Assembly: GCA_965235115.1 (NCBI GenBank)
Contig: OZ249445.1
Span: forward strand, 4,216,001-4,280,000
Direction of reading: 5' to 3'
DNA length: 64,000 bases
Origin: Laetmonice hystrix
Taxonomy: Eukaryota
Shown here: piece after piece, positions 23,001 to 35,414 of the stretch
How the letters are laid out: each line of letters opens with the position of its first letter
How positions within the stretch are numbered: the stretch's first letter is position 1
Program-made: the position numbers and the translations under genes
Notes under the pieces: model-generated
What the model saw: only the letters and a program-made list of their open reading frames with translations
The model's database searches: none
What the model was told of the DNA's origin: nothing

Positions 23001-25458
23001 AGAAAGAGTGTTTCTTTTTTAACAGAATCATATAAATATTATCAGTTAACTTAAGGTTACACTTATTTCTAGTCTTACACAACTAGTTTCAACAATAAAA
23101 TAAATTAAATGGTATACCATCATTACCCATGATGAGTTTTTTCACCCCTGTGCTCTTTTTAGATTTTCACCAGAAAGGTTTATGTTAAACTGATTGAAAT
23201 TGCCATTCTTCATAAAGTATTAGGTATGGAGGAAAAAACAGATTAGTTTATGAATCAGCAGATATTTCACCCATACGTTGCCACATCATTTTTCATCAGC
23301 AGGCATTGTTCAGCTGCCAGCTCAACTGAACGTCTAGCTCATTGTTTACAACTCAAAGACCTAATGGCTCACAAAAATGATCAGCAAAAAACTGGTCGTC
23401 ATCTTTTGGAAACTGGTTGCCAGCAGATGAACTTACGGCATGATGCACATACAAATGTGGGGGCTATCACAAGTGGTCTAAGAGTTGTCAAGGAGGTAGG
23501 TGTTGTCTAATGTTGTCATGATGGATGGTTGGCTGATCAGGTTGGATGCACCGATTCTTTCTACTCTTGTAGGACAGGTCTGAAAGGTGGTGGACCATCG
23601 CGGTGTGTTTCGTTTCAATTATACTCAAGAGTGGTTGGTTGGTCTTGTGTTTGTTGTCAGGGCACTGAGCAACGTTTAGTGCGAGTTGACACCGGCTGAC
23701 TGTTGACAATCTAGGTCTAGAGGAGTCAGCTGACTTGACTAGCGCGTTCAAGGATGGGGGATGTGACGAGTGACAACATAATCTGGCTGTGTGTGAAGTG
23801 AGGAGTTAGCAATACGCCAGGTGAGCTTGGCAGACTCAGCTGGCTCATCACATCTACGTCAAGGCTGGCCTGTGCTCGTCACAGAGACAATCTAGCAGCA
23901 CTCATGAGCAGCGGTCAGCGCTGGCTGATCTTAGGGCATAGGGGCAGTTCAATGCTCGGTCATGATGATGCTCAACTCAATCAACGGTTGCAATCGGTTG
24001 AAATTTCCCAGAAACTTTTGCAGGGATTATGTCTGCAATGCATGCGGACAGAAAAAGGTTACAAAGACGTTTGATTCATATGAATATTTGGGACATATTC
24101 TGAAATACGATTGTACTGCTAGTGGTCCTTACAACCTGTAAGTGTTAACACTTGGGGTCATTTCTTTGGACTAAATGGTAGATTAACTGCCATGTACATC
24201 TAAAGTTAAGTTCCAGGTTTGTCAGAACTTCGTGCAATGCCATTTATTCTATGGCATTATTACTAGTACAAGCATCCATTCAAAAAACAAACTTTCAAAA
24301 AAAGGAATCCTCTCAATCATATGAAGAACAAAACAAAAACCAGAATTTATAACATCAGGTAAGTGTAAAATATGAAATAGTAAAAAGCCTTCAAATGTTA
24401 CATCATATTGTGTAAAATTAGCGACTGTCAATTTATGCTTTTCAAAACAGAACACCAAAGCTTCGTCAGGTGAACCACACATGACCCGATATGACATGAT
24501 ATGCAGCAATATCCTACTTGCAAATCATTTCCCCACAATCATGGAGATTCATAGAAGTACAGATTCATAGAAGTACATGTACACATGGGAACCTAAAAGG
24601 TGCCAATGACAACATATCCACCCTGCATGCAAGGTGTAAACATGATCTACTTGGATAATTTATTTTTTCATAATCCTTTTCATTGTGCACTGGTTATCAT
24701 GACCACAATATTGGTGGGAAGAGTAAAAATTCTCCTTTGCAATTTACTAACCTTGAACGTCCTCTTTTCGAACCTGAGCCAGAACGTGAACAGTCATAGG
24801 CATAATGACCACGGCCACCACATTCATAGCAGCGATCATTTGGATCAAAAGGTTTTCGCAGTCTTGGTGGGCCCCTGCTTGAACCAGATCTCATCCATGG
24901 TTTAGATCCGACTTTCCCTGTTGATCTTTCCACACGAATTCGTGCCCCACAAAGTGACCTGCAAAACCATGAATCATGTCACTTAGTACCGGTACTGTTA
25001 ACATCCACTGCCAGTACTGGTCTCAGTAAACTTGACCTTGTTCAAGGATTCATCCCCCCAGAAATAAGTCCATTCATCATGTATCTTCTTTTCATACACC
25101 ATGTAAAAAAATCTGTATTAGAGAGGCAGTATTAAAAGCCCCTCTCAAGGTAAAAAATATTAGCCCTGGCTCTATAATAGGCCGTAATTTAACTTTTGAA
25201 ATACAGAATACCCTCAATAGAGTCCTACGTTCAGACAAATACATACGTGCCATCCATTCCTCGCACTGAGTCATCAGCATCACGTGGATCTTCATATTCT
25301 ATGAAAGCAAATCCTGGTGGATTGCGTGCGACCCATACACTACGAAGTGGACCATAGTATGAGAATGATCTCTCGAGTTCCTTCTCTGATGCATCGCGTG
25401 GCAAATCGCCTACATAAATCTTGCAGTCCAGTGGGGTATCACGTCCGTAACGAGGCAT
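20027..25458 (-). CDS. SRSF7: SRSF7 (9G8)-like SR splicing factor, RRM + CCHC Zn knuckle + RS domain; exons 25247..25458, 24752..24958, 22692..22745, 22461..22496, 21985..22017, 20929..20961, 20664..20723, 20421..20483, 20027..20105 (about 258 aa)
   Basis: RRM KIYVGDL...[16 protein letters not shown]; [23 protein letters not shown] closely matches the SRSF7 Zn knuckle. Seven phase-2 RS exons have canonical AG/GT sites and sum to an open frame (777 nt) ending GDD-TAA. Confidence 0.92.
23437..24032 (-). other. Candidate poison cassette exon of the SRSF7-like gene
   Basis: Acceptor tttttctgtccgcatgcattgcag| and donor gcc|gtaagt; in-frame TGA at 23981-23983; rich in CAAC/CATC. Same intron position as the vertebrate SRSF3/SRSF7 poison exons. 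Confidence 0.6.
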
Positions 25459-26489
25459 TGTCCACAATCTGCTTCACCTTTGATAATTAAAAGTAAGGTC
25501 AGTATTGTTGACTTTCTATCGCTCGATGCTACTGAATTTTCCAGTCGGGCTACTAGCCCCAGTTTCAAGAAAGTGGCTAAGTTAATTAAAATCATGGTTA
25601 ACTCCGACTTTAACCAAGATTGGTTAATTCTCCTTCCTGATTGCTTAATCTAGATGGCTCAAATTTATCTTAACCGACGTAATTAACTTTTAAATCACTA
25701 TTCTGAAATCAGGGCCAGGTCTCTCTCTACTGAGGGCTACCAGCTAAATGTTTTCTCTCTGGTAGACTGGGATTCAGGGTGGTTCTAACCATTTTCTGAA
25801 TCTCCAACAGGTCTCTAACTAGTCAGGATTCCCTTAATTATTTTTTAAAATGTAAAGATTGTGTTTGAAATTACTTGCAAGAAAACCCAAAAGTATAAAA
25901 CAAAAGCAGCAGGGGAAGTGGAACTAGAGTCTATGTTCATGTAATGGTAGTAAAAATTTAAAAATGTATCAAATTAAATTGGTGCCAGTGTCGTGGTTTG
26001 TTTTCTCCGCGGTCTGAAATCTTCGAGTGGTGGGCTGCAGAGTCGTGTGTAGGCTATGTGTGTGAGTGTGTTTGAACCGAGACTCCGACCATACACTGCC
26101 TTGTTGTTGAAAATAATAGGCCTACACCATAGGCAGCTATTTTTAATCTAAACATAAGTAAAAATAAATAGTATGGTTCTAAGCCTAACATAAAACTACC
26201 GCCAGACATTCAAAATTCTTTCTCAGTTTCTGCAAATCCGGGCGCATCTTAGACAGAATATCCATCTCTCTAGGCTAGCCGAGAGATGGACGTAAGCCCA
26301 CTGTAAATCCCATCGAAACACCTTACCACTACTCCCTCCCTCCTCCCGTGTAATCACGCGAAGAAAATCATGGTACAGTGAAGCGGTACCTAACCTTGAG
26401 CGATTGCATAAGAAATAAAGATCTTTATGTCCCTGTTGTTCATAGAAATTTGCTGAAATATGTTTGAACCGGCACATTTCATTCCATTC

Positions 26490-26532
26490 CGCCGCCATGG
26501 TCTATTACTGGGGGGCAAACGTCACTTCCGGT
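26490..26532 (-). promoter_or_regulatory. Candidate core promoter of the SRSF7-like gene (YY1-like ATGGCGGCGG, ETS CCGGAAGTG)
   Basis: gccgccat at 26491-26498 and cacttccgg at 26523-26531; a possible non-coding exon 1 donor (gtg|gtaagg) at 26327. Confidence 0.4.
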
Positions 26533-26987
26533 GTCAGGGAGCAGTTCATAATATCTACGCCACGAACTAACTTTGTCTGATAGGCAGTCTGCGCCATTTG
26601 ATCGAGCATGGAGTGCACAGGCGATATCGACGTCCCGCTGGACCCTGGCCTAGGTAGAGTTAATTCCAAATGAATTAATACCCGGTAACAACTCTATTCA
26701 ACCGCGGTCTAAAGCGTTCCAGAAGGGCCAACATCGCAAAATGAATGCTCCCCCGATTTGAGCTGTCGTAACGCCCACGAGACAGGCAAAATGCTCGCAA
26801 AATGGCGCCGCTCAGTAAACATGCGCGAGTCGCTGGATAAAAGTTCTGATTATTCATCAAGATTTACACCACCGCCGAACTTTGTGATATATTTTTTGCT
26901 TTGGGGACGGCAATATAGCAAAGTCACTTGATTTTTGGGCCACCATAGCGTCAGCTCTGTTTGGAACACAGAGCCAACGAGTTGGTA

Positions 26988-27629
26988 ACACGACATGTCC
27001 GCCCGTAGCCATGTCCGCCCGGTCATGTCCGCCCCCCGGGATGTAGGCGCTAGCCCCGGTCATGTCCCCCTTCATCATGTCCGGCCCTCGCCGCTCCACT
27101 CAAGAGGCGCCCGGCAAGGGACACGTTACCTACGAGGTGGCTCTCATTTGTTGGGCACTTAGCGATTACAATAGTTGATCTAGAGTTGTCGATTCTCGTT
27201 TCCGATAATCCGGGCATTTCTAGGTGGCGCTGCTATCTTCTCTTTTTTTTTCTTTTTTTTTTTCTCTGGTCAGAGCCGGTGAATACAAAAGCCTAGCAAC
27301 GCAACGGAACTAAATATAGGTGTTACTGGCTTGGGTTTGATCATCACACCATCCTATAATTAGACTGTCACGGGGGGCAACGCTTCTTGATACCCTTGTT
27401 TTCACCGGTCGTCAGGCTACTCAGGACCGGAAGAACTGACCTCGGAAACGAGAATACGCTCCTCTAACTCAGTAGACTGTCCTAGTCACGTTGACGGCTT
27501 TTCCCGGGACCACGGGCGGCAGGGTGAGCAGAGTCGAGTGTCTATCACAGAGGCACAGCGGGCGGGCGGGCATAGTACCGAGGGGCGGACATGACCGGGC
27601 GGACATGGCGACGGGCGGACATGTCGTGT
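26988..27629. mobile_element. MITE-like element with 48-bp terminal inverted repeats made of three catgtccgccc subrepeats
   Basis: acacgacatgtccgcccgtagccatgtccgcccggtcatgtccgcccc (26988) is the reverse complement, with one mismatch, of ggggcggacatgaccgggcggacatggcgacgggcggacatgtcgtgt (ending 27629). No clear TSD. Confidence 0.75.
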
Positions 27630-27722
27630 ATTCCTATGTTCGACGAGTTGGCTAGGGCTAGAGCCTAGCCTAGCCTGCATCCTGTCCTGTGACAGGCTGT
27701 GTATCATTGTATGTAAGTCTAA

Positions 27723-28837
27723 AGCCCGCCGTACACTGTCACGACTTTGCCCAACTCCCGACTCCCGACTCCCGACTGACCACCGTACACTCTCCCGATT
27801 ATCTGCTCCCGACCCATGCAGAGTGGGCGGCCATAGATCGGCACCGTAGTTGGGAGGTCATCCAGTTCAACCCCCACTTGAACGCCCAGAAAGTGTTATT
27901 ATAATCTTTCTAGCCTAGGTGATAATAGTGTGAAGACTAACTGATCGACCTGTTTAGCTTTCATTGTCACTTGTGACATCATAATTAGTTAACTACGTAT
28001 TTTGATACATAATATTACAATATTTCACTGACACAAAGCTGTGGCGTCATAAAGAGGACGTGCGGCAGAGCCGTGAAGAGAAGGCTTAGATCTAACGTAG
28101 ACTGCACTATTTTGCTGTTTAGCTCTCGCCTTATAAAAGAATGGATTAAAATACTACAGAAGCAGAGACTTTGAAGGTCAGTAAATATTCACAGAAAATT
28201 ATAGCATTATAATACCTCTGAAAATATCACTGTAGGCCCCTGATCCAACACAGCTTCGATTGGAGCCTGGCTGTCTATTGTGATATTTAACGTCATTATC
28301 AAAGTTTTGGGAACTTTTAAATTTCCAAACAAAGCTCGCTGTATTCATAACTAAAAGGAGTCTCGCTAAAAGAAAGACATCGATGGAAACCTTACGATGT
28401 GGGGACAAATTCTGGGTACTTTTTTGTATAGGTCGTCGCGACAGATTTTGCATGGCAAGACCTAGAAGGTAGAGAAGTCACACGTTTTCAGGTTTTTTAT
28501 ACTTTTTTGATGATTTTCGAATGGCCGTATGAAAAAGAATCCTTAAATCTATTTATTAAATTTTATACTGGACAAAAGCCACATATCTCTAGTTTCCTTT
28601 GCAATAATTTCCATCTGAATTGATTCATTGTTATTACCACCGCGAGCGTGTTTTGAAGAACCCAAGGTTGGAAAAGCTAAGCTTAGTCGGCCGTAATCGG
28701 GAACCACGCTTGGCTCCCGATTCGTTTTTCGAATCGGCTACGATTTGCTCCAACTGCAGTCGGGAGCTGTCGGGAGCAGTCGGGAACCATGGTTACCGAC
28801 TCGAGTTGGGCAAAATCGGGAAAGTGTACGGCGGGCT
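27723..28837. mobile_element. Non-autonomous PIF/Harbinger-like element (1.1 kb)
   Basis: TAA|agcccgccgtacact...tttgcccaactc on the left and gagttgggcaaa...agtgtacggcgggct|TAA on the right; TAA TSD at 27720-27722 and 28838-28840; subterminal (ctcccga)n repeats; no transposase ORF. Confidence 0.82.
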
Positions 28838-31800
28838 TAACGTTAAGTGTGTTAGGGATTATTCTTTTTTTATTTGAATAAGAGTGGCCTCGCTTGAATG
28901 TAGCTGTGTGCTGGTATGTACATGTACTACGGTACAGTGTCAGTGGTTTGCGTAGCCCGTACGGTAACGTAAGCATCAGGCCTAGTCTTAAGTAAGCTGC
29001 AAGCAGTAAGCACATGAAATGATGAAGTGATAGAATGGATGGAGGCCATTTTGGTTTTGTCGACTCCGCGTTTCACTGCCCCACACCGCACTGGCAAGAC
29101 CTGGCGTTTTATTTCGAATTGTAAAGTAACTAATTCCCATTCAAAATGATACTACTATCTGCCGCATAGTATAGACGTCTGTAAATTTAACGCTGGATTC
29201 TAAATGCAGACAGAAAATTAACTTGAGCCTCACCTTTCTTTTGACGTCAATCCACGCTCGTCCACAGCCTCGGTCTGCTTGGACACCAAGTATTTGACCC
29301 ATAATGCATCAGTTGAAGGAAAACTGCATTTTTTTTTATAGAGTTTACTGGGCCTATATAGTCGGTAACAAGAAATTATTTTTTCTTCGAAATAAATAAT
29401 ATATTTACATTATGATGATTGGTGTACATTTGATCTAAAGAATAATTAGGTCAGGCATCAGATCGAAGACGAGGCCGCCATCCCCGCATCCCGGACTGTT
29501 GTGAGTGTGGTTTGAGGTCGTGGGAGGACTGACGTAGCCTGCTGCAGCCTTCGCTACATCATAGGTGTACGGGTGGATAGCATCAACAACTGTAAGTGTC
29601 AAGGTGAGAGAAATGCGTAATGAACAGATCGGCGTATTATTCATTGTGGTGAGCCTTCAACTAAGTCAGTAAGTACAAAGATCGCAAGCCAGGCCCAGGT
29701 GAGCCCATCATCATGCCGCCCCATGCCCATGGCCATGCTGTGACGTGTGAGTCCTGCCAGTGACAGTGACACAAATTTTCAAAGTCAAAGTCATAAAAGA
29801 GTAAAGACGTTCAGACAGTCGGTGACAGTGAGTGAGGGGCCGTCCATAAATTACGTTACGCTATTTTGACCAAAATCTGACGCCCTCCCCCCCCCTGTAA
29901 TAGCCTAATCGCTAATGCTTTCAATGGAGCTTAAATTAATAAATAAGCATAACTTAATATGGCATAAGCATGATAACTAGATAAGGCGGCTCTCATCAAG
30001 ACAATACAGTACCCCCACCCCTAGGGCTAGGCCCTACCCAACCCCAGGCCTTGAATGGGGTACATTAGACGCATGCGCAATGGGGATTTCAAGTCAAATC
30101 CGCAAGGCGGCAGCACTGTGCAAGCAGTCATTGCTGCAGTACATTAGCATTAGTTTAGATAGGACGACGAAATGCTAATGTGCTGTAGGATGACCTAACC
30201 TTATCATTACTAAATAATATTAACTCATTTGGACTAAAGTGAATGAAAGAAGTTTAAAAATTGTCATACCTTTTTAAAACAAATGTCGGTAAGGCAACCA
30301 GCCACAGATTAGCAGATATCAGCCTATCTAATTCTATGCTAAAATGTCGCCTCCTGAACCGCTTGCACAGTGCTGCCGCCATGCGGAAAAGTCGGCGACC
30401 ATGTTCCCCATTAGAATAGAAGTTGAAAGGGGCACGGCAAAAAACTGCCGTCAATACATAAGAATCAACGTCAGATTTTTCCAGGGCACAGTCAGTAGCA
30501 AATTTACGATACATGGAAAAGGCACGATGGCAAATGCTGTCGTGTAATTCGAGGCCTGCCACCCCCACTCCCATCAGCATTACGTAATTAATGGCCAGCC
30601 CCTATGACATTGTGGTTTAGGCACCTTAACTGTCTTAAGCCTCTCTCCCAAGTGTGATTTTTGTCCTGCCTCAGCTGGCAAGGTGAAGGTCTGTGTTTAG
30701 ACTTAAGTTGCGTAAGACAACCCAGCTAAAAACACTATGAGGCATTCATTTCATTTTGATTTGCGTTTAGCTTTTTTTTTTGTGCGCATGCATGTTCGTG
30801 CATTTACTTGGGTTTAGCCTACCTCTGTTTAGTTGGATTTACCTGCGTCTTACAAACTGCATTGTCTTGGTGGGTTTTTAAAAATCAATCGGACATTGAT
30901 TATGTCAGTGGAAAGGTTAAAAAAAAGCATGCACAGCATGTCATTCCACAAATGTAGAATGCTAATAAATTATTTTGGAGGGATGCACACTGCAGTCATT
31001 CTAAATACTTAGTAATGTAAAGTCAGCCTTTTTAATAAGCGCCGGTTTTGGCCGCCTACTTCCCAAAAACCGCCGGCAACTTTCTCAAAATTATTGATGC
31101 CAATCTTACTCTCAGAATGCACCAGAGTTCACCTACGGACACCAAGAAATCATAACTTTTCAGGGGGATGCCCTTAGACCCCCAGGCCTTGCGTTTTGAG
31201 GTGCGCGATCGCTCTCGCGCACCTAAATTCTCTTTTTGGCGCGTGAATTTTCGCGCTCCATGGCTTAGGAAAACGAACTACAACTGTACACAAGGGGAGG
31301 TGGGCTAATGACGCCATGGCAGTGACAGCAAAGTTGGGCAGCAACCATCAACCCTATGAAACATGCTGAGACGTGTATCAGCTAGATGCTTCACCATGTC
31401 TGCAGACTGGTCATAGTGTGAAAACTCACTGTCCAAACGCCAGGGTCACCATCACCTCCCATTGTTAATCGGGCTGTTACTTTCCCTGGGCATTGAAAAC
31501 AATAGGGCACACCTTTATTTTTGGAAGCCATCATATATTCACACGTAAAACAATGGGTGTTGGAGGAACACCATGCAGCTTTGGTATATAGCAGGCTATA
31601 GGCCTAGTTCCCACTGGGAACCTAGAGACCCAGGGATAATATACTGAACTAACTTCTTGACCATCCTCAGACACATGAGTGTCCATCTATAAGCCGCACC
31701 CCCAATCTATGATTAGTTTGAGGAGGAAAAAAGTTCAGCTTGGACACAGAAGAAAGGAATTCATACTGCTGGATTCAGTACTTTTATATTGTTTAAATTA

Positions 31801-34470
31801 TCTTATGGTATCAGTTTCTGAAATATAATTCATCAGTCAATGTATTATAAACATAGAACATTCAATTAATGTAACAAAGTGTCATTTTAGACAGGAGAGC
31901 AAATCACTCTCCTGGGCATTTTTAGGAGGACTGTTAATAGCTCTCCACCATTTTTCAAACTGCAAGGCCTGGACCCCCCATAACTTTTCAGGTGGATGCC
32001 CTCAGACTTGGGGAATTGGGGTCCCTCTTCCCACCCCCACCCCCTGAAGGGCAGTGCGGTGGCAGTATAGAGCCACCTCCTACTTTATCAACTTCCCCTT
32101 CTACTACTTTTTTTATTGAAACCCCTGAAGGTGCCAGTCAGTCAATCTGAAAATGTAGTAAGAAGATGATTTCATGTTAAGCTGGGCCACCATTAGGAGT
32201 GCTCACTGAATGAATTCAGACTGCAGGGATACTGTCACACTAGTGATGCATGACAATTATTAGTATTGAATACTACGGTAATGGCCAAGGGGCCGGGAGC
32301 CACCATAAACTCTTCTACTGCATGCTCAAGGTTAATTATGAGGAATGGTTTAATGTTGGTACTACAAAAACTAGGTCAAGGTAAACTGGCAAAAAATTCT
32401 AAAATCAACAAACTTAAAACACATAAATTTGCTACAGCACTTACAGCTTCTGAAAATTATCAATCAGTTGTATTTTGAGATCACCAGAATAAAGAGTAGG
32501 TACCTTCCTTTCTACTGGACTGGGGAAACAACAGGTTACAAGGAGACCCATCAAGATAAAAAACATTGGTCCAGTTTTTTAAAGGTGCACAGAACCATTT
32601 GTAGGTACTGGTGGTATGTCCATACAGACCCTACTTTTGTTGGGCACCATGGCACTTGTGCCAATGATTGTGAAGTTAGGAGTGCTATACGTGGTGTCCC
32701 TCATGACAGCTTTCATGGCCCTAGACCTATAATGTTAGGACCCTCATAGCTCAGGTCTCTATTTCACAGAAAGTCACCGATGGTGCTTGTGTTGTTTTCA
32801 AAAGACAGGGTCTGCCCATAAAAACTGGGTGATATGGGCAGGCACAAGTTTCCCCCTCACACCCTGTGAGAGAGAGGGAGGTTTTTATACGGGGTCATTC
32901 AAACAGTTCATGTCCTGATGTTTGTTGTAAGGCTCCTCTACATTTCTGTGTTTGCAGACTGTCAGCCGTCTCCTGCGAATCACCGTGCAGGTTCTGTAGT
33001 CATGTGACTGCCTTCAGCAGGATGGCTCGGATGCAAGTTTCCAGTGCAGAGACAGTGGTATTCTTGCTATGGGAAAGTTAACCGTTCAAGATACACACAT
33101 ACAGCTCAGTCGACGTAAGGCAGTGCAACGCTCTAAGTAAGTATCCTTGCTGGAATTTGATGAATTACAGCTGTATATGGTAGTGTATGTTTGGATCTAA
33201 TATTTTGTTAGAGAAATTGAATATTTCAGTTGACTGCTATACTCTTATAAAAGGATTGTGTAGTCAATACCAAGGTTTGTCAGATTGGCACATGAAAGAA
33301 CAACGAGAAAACAAAACAACAAAAGGTTTAACATAGTTGCTATGACGTTATATTATTGAATATTTTATTTCTGTCTTCAGTCAGACTACCAGGACCCTTG
33401 TGTATATTATGCATGGCAAATGTTACCATGTTCTATAGTGTAGTGGTGTGTATGAGAAGTGGGTGGGGTTGACTGATCAGTGCACAATGCTGGCTGGAGG
33501 AGGAGGACCGTGATAGTGTCAGTCAGGTATACACCATGCACACCTGTCGTTTCATCACAGGTAGTAGTGCCAGGATCACTATGGGAACCTACTGTTGATA
33601 CACAGATCAATAACTCGCCATGGTAATGACAGGGCAGCGTTTTCGGCAGCCTTTTTCTGCATAGCAGGCTGCTATGTTGTGGATTTAGGCCACTACACAG
33701 TCTCTTGAACAGTGTAGCTGTAAAATTTTGTCTGAATTCAACTTGTCTGAATTCAAATTTCTAAATCTGGCTCTCTAGACTGCCAGATAAGGCTAAATTA
33801 CCAGAGCTTGGGAGGAGGGTGGGGGCAGGCTTCACCCACCCTCTCCCCCGAATCTGGTGAGACTGCTGCAGGGTTGACCTGCCCAGCAACACGTCATGTG
33901 TTGTGAAGGCTTATTGGACATAAGTTAAGGGAGGGTTTTTTTGAACTCGGAGTCTATGTCCCCCTTTTTCCTATTCTGTCTGTAGGTCACCTGAACAAAC
34001 TTAAGATTTGCACAAAGATTTCAGGGGTGATAGAAAGGCTCAAGTCTTTTTGGCTGTACCTCCTGTGAATTAATGTCACATCACGTTCAACCAAAGCTTC
34101 CTGACAAGTGTGAATACTTGTCGTGTGATAGGTGTTTGTAGAGACCTGTTTGTTCAAGCCTTAACTTTTCAAATAGAGCCGGTCTGCACTGTACCCTGTG
34201 AGCTGGTTCAGGTGCCAGCACCCTGGTCCCCAGCAGTCAGTGTAACCTACTTAAAGTGTATATATGTAAATAAAGCAGCCTGGGTGCTTTTTGAGTTAAA
34301 GAAGCCTGACAGAGTCTATTTATTCTGACTACAGGTCAAAGGTTTTATTCTCTGTGAAGGGGATTATGGGTGAATGGATACTGGGAGATTGCAATTTTCA
34401 CATGTAAATACACATGTATGCATTAATAAACAGAAAAGGCTGAGCTCTAAGCTTTGAGCTACTGGTATCA

Positions 34471-34709
34471 GGGCCCGTTTTTTTGTTTACTTTTCCACCA
34501 TGACCAAGGGTGAGCATGAGCTTTTGCTCACCGTTTTCGTTTTTTTTCTCTTTTTTTCTGTGAGATTGGTCACCATAAGCGTGCCTCATGAAAAAAAAAA
34601 AACGAAAAAAACCGCGAAAACGGTGAGCATAAGGTCATGCTCACCCTTGCTCAGCTCAGCTCAGCTCACCCTTGCTCACGGTGGAAAAGTAAACCAAAAA
34701 AACGGGCCC
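34471..34709. mobile_element. Palindromic MITE
   Basis: About 48-bp TIRs beginning gggcccgttttttt(g)gtttacttttccacc, with further internal symmetry (ggtgagca / tgctcacc). Confidence 0.8.
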
Positions 34710-35414
34710 AGAGGGTGTGGATGTGAGCACCCCTTACCTTTTCTATCATTGTTCTCTTCATCCTGTGCCAAAAATAATGAATCATAAATTTATTAAAATA
34801 TCACAGTTTGCAAAGCTTAAGAATGACAATGACAACAGAACAAAATCTGTAGCTCTACAATATGAATTTATTTGCAAGTTATAACATGTTTTTAAAAGAC
34901 AAAAGACAAAAAAGAACAAGTGATACTTTTTTTACTATGTGTAAAAGAATTGTATCATGAATCGTATTGTGACCTCTGTATCGCAATACGTATGGCATAG
35001 CCAGACAATGTATCGTTCCACCTATACCCAGCAGTGCCAGTTGGTGAACCTCATGTCATGATCCTCTGTGGGAAGAAAGCAGGCCAGGTATAGGAATATC
35101 AGGAGTGTTTGACCTGCCACCACCAGGCATAGATCCGTGCCAGGTGGTACAGCTTGGTTCTACTTGGAGTTAGTTGTGAGAACAACTGATAAGGTTAATT
35201 TTATCTCTACACTGGCCTGGTCAGGTAGTATCAGCACATTCAGCACACTGACCTGGATGTGTAGAGTTTAAACAAAGACATACCGTACATACTGTTCGGC
35301 AGCAGTAACTGACCAGAGTCCATAAGACAAGGTCTACAGGGGCAACTCCTGCATCTTATCTGACAGTATCGTTTTTTTCCAGATAGTTGATACAGTGGTG
35401 CATGGTTCCTCCAA

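Noticed and set aside
26223-26498. 91-aa ORF starting MAAEW at the SRSF7-like promoter
   Set aside because: The ATG is part of a YY1-like promoter motif; it would be out of frame after the plausible splice, and the TSS position is unknown.
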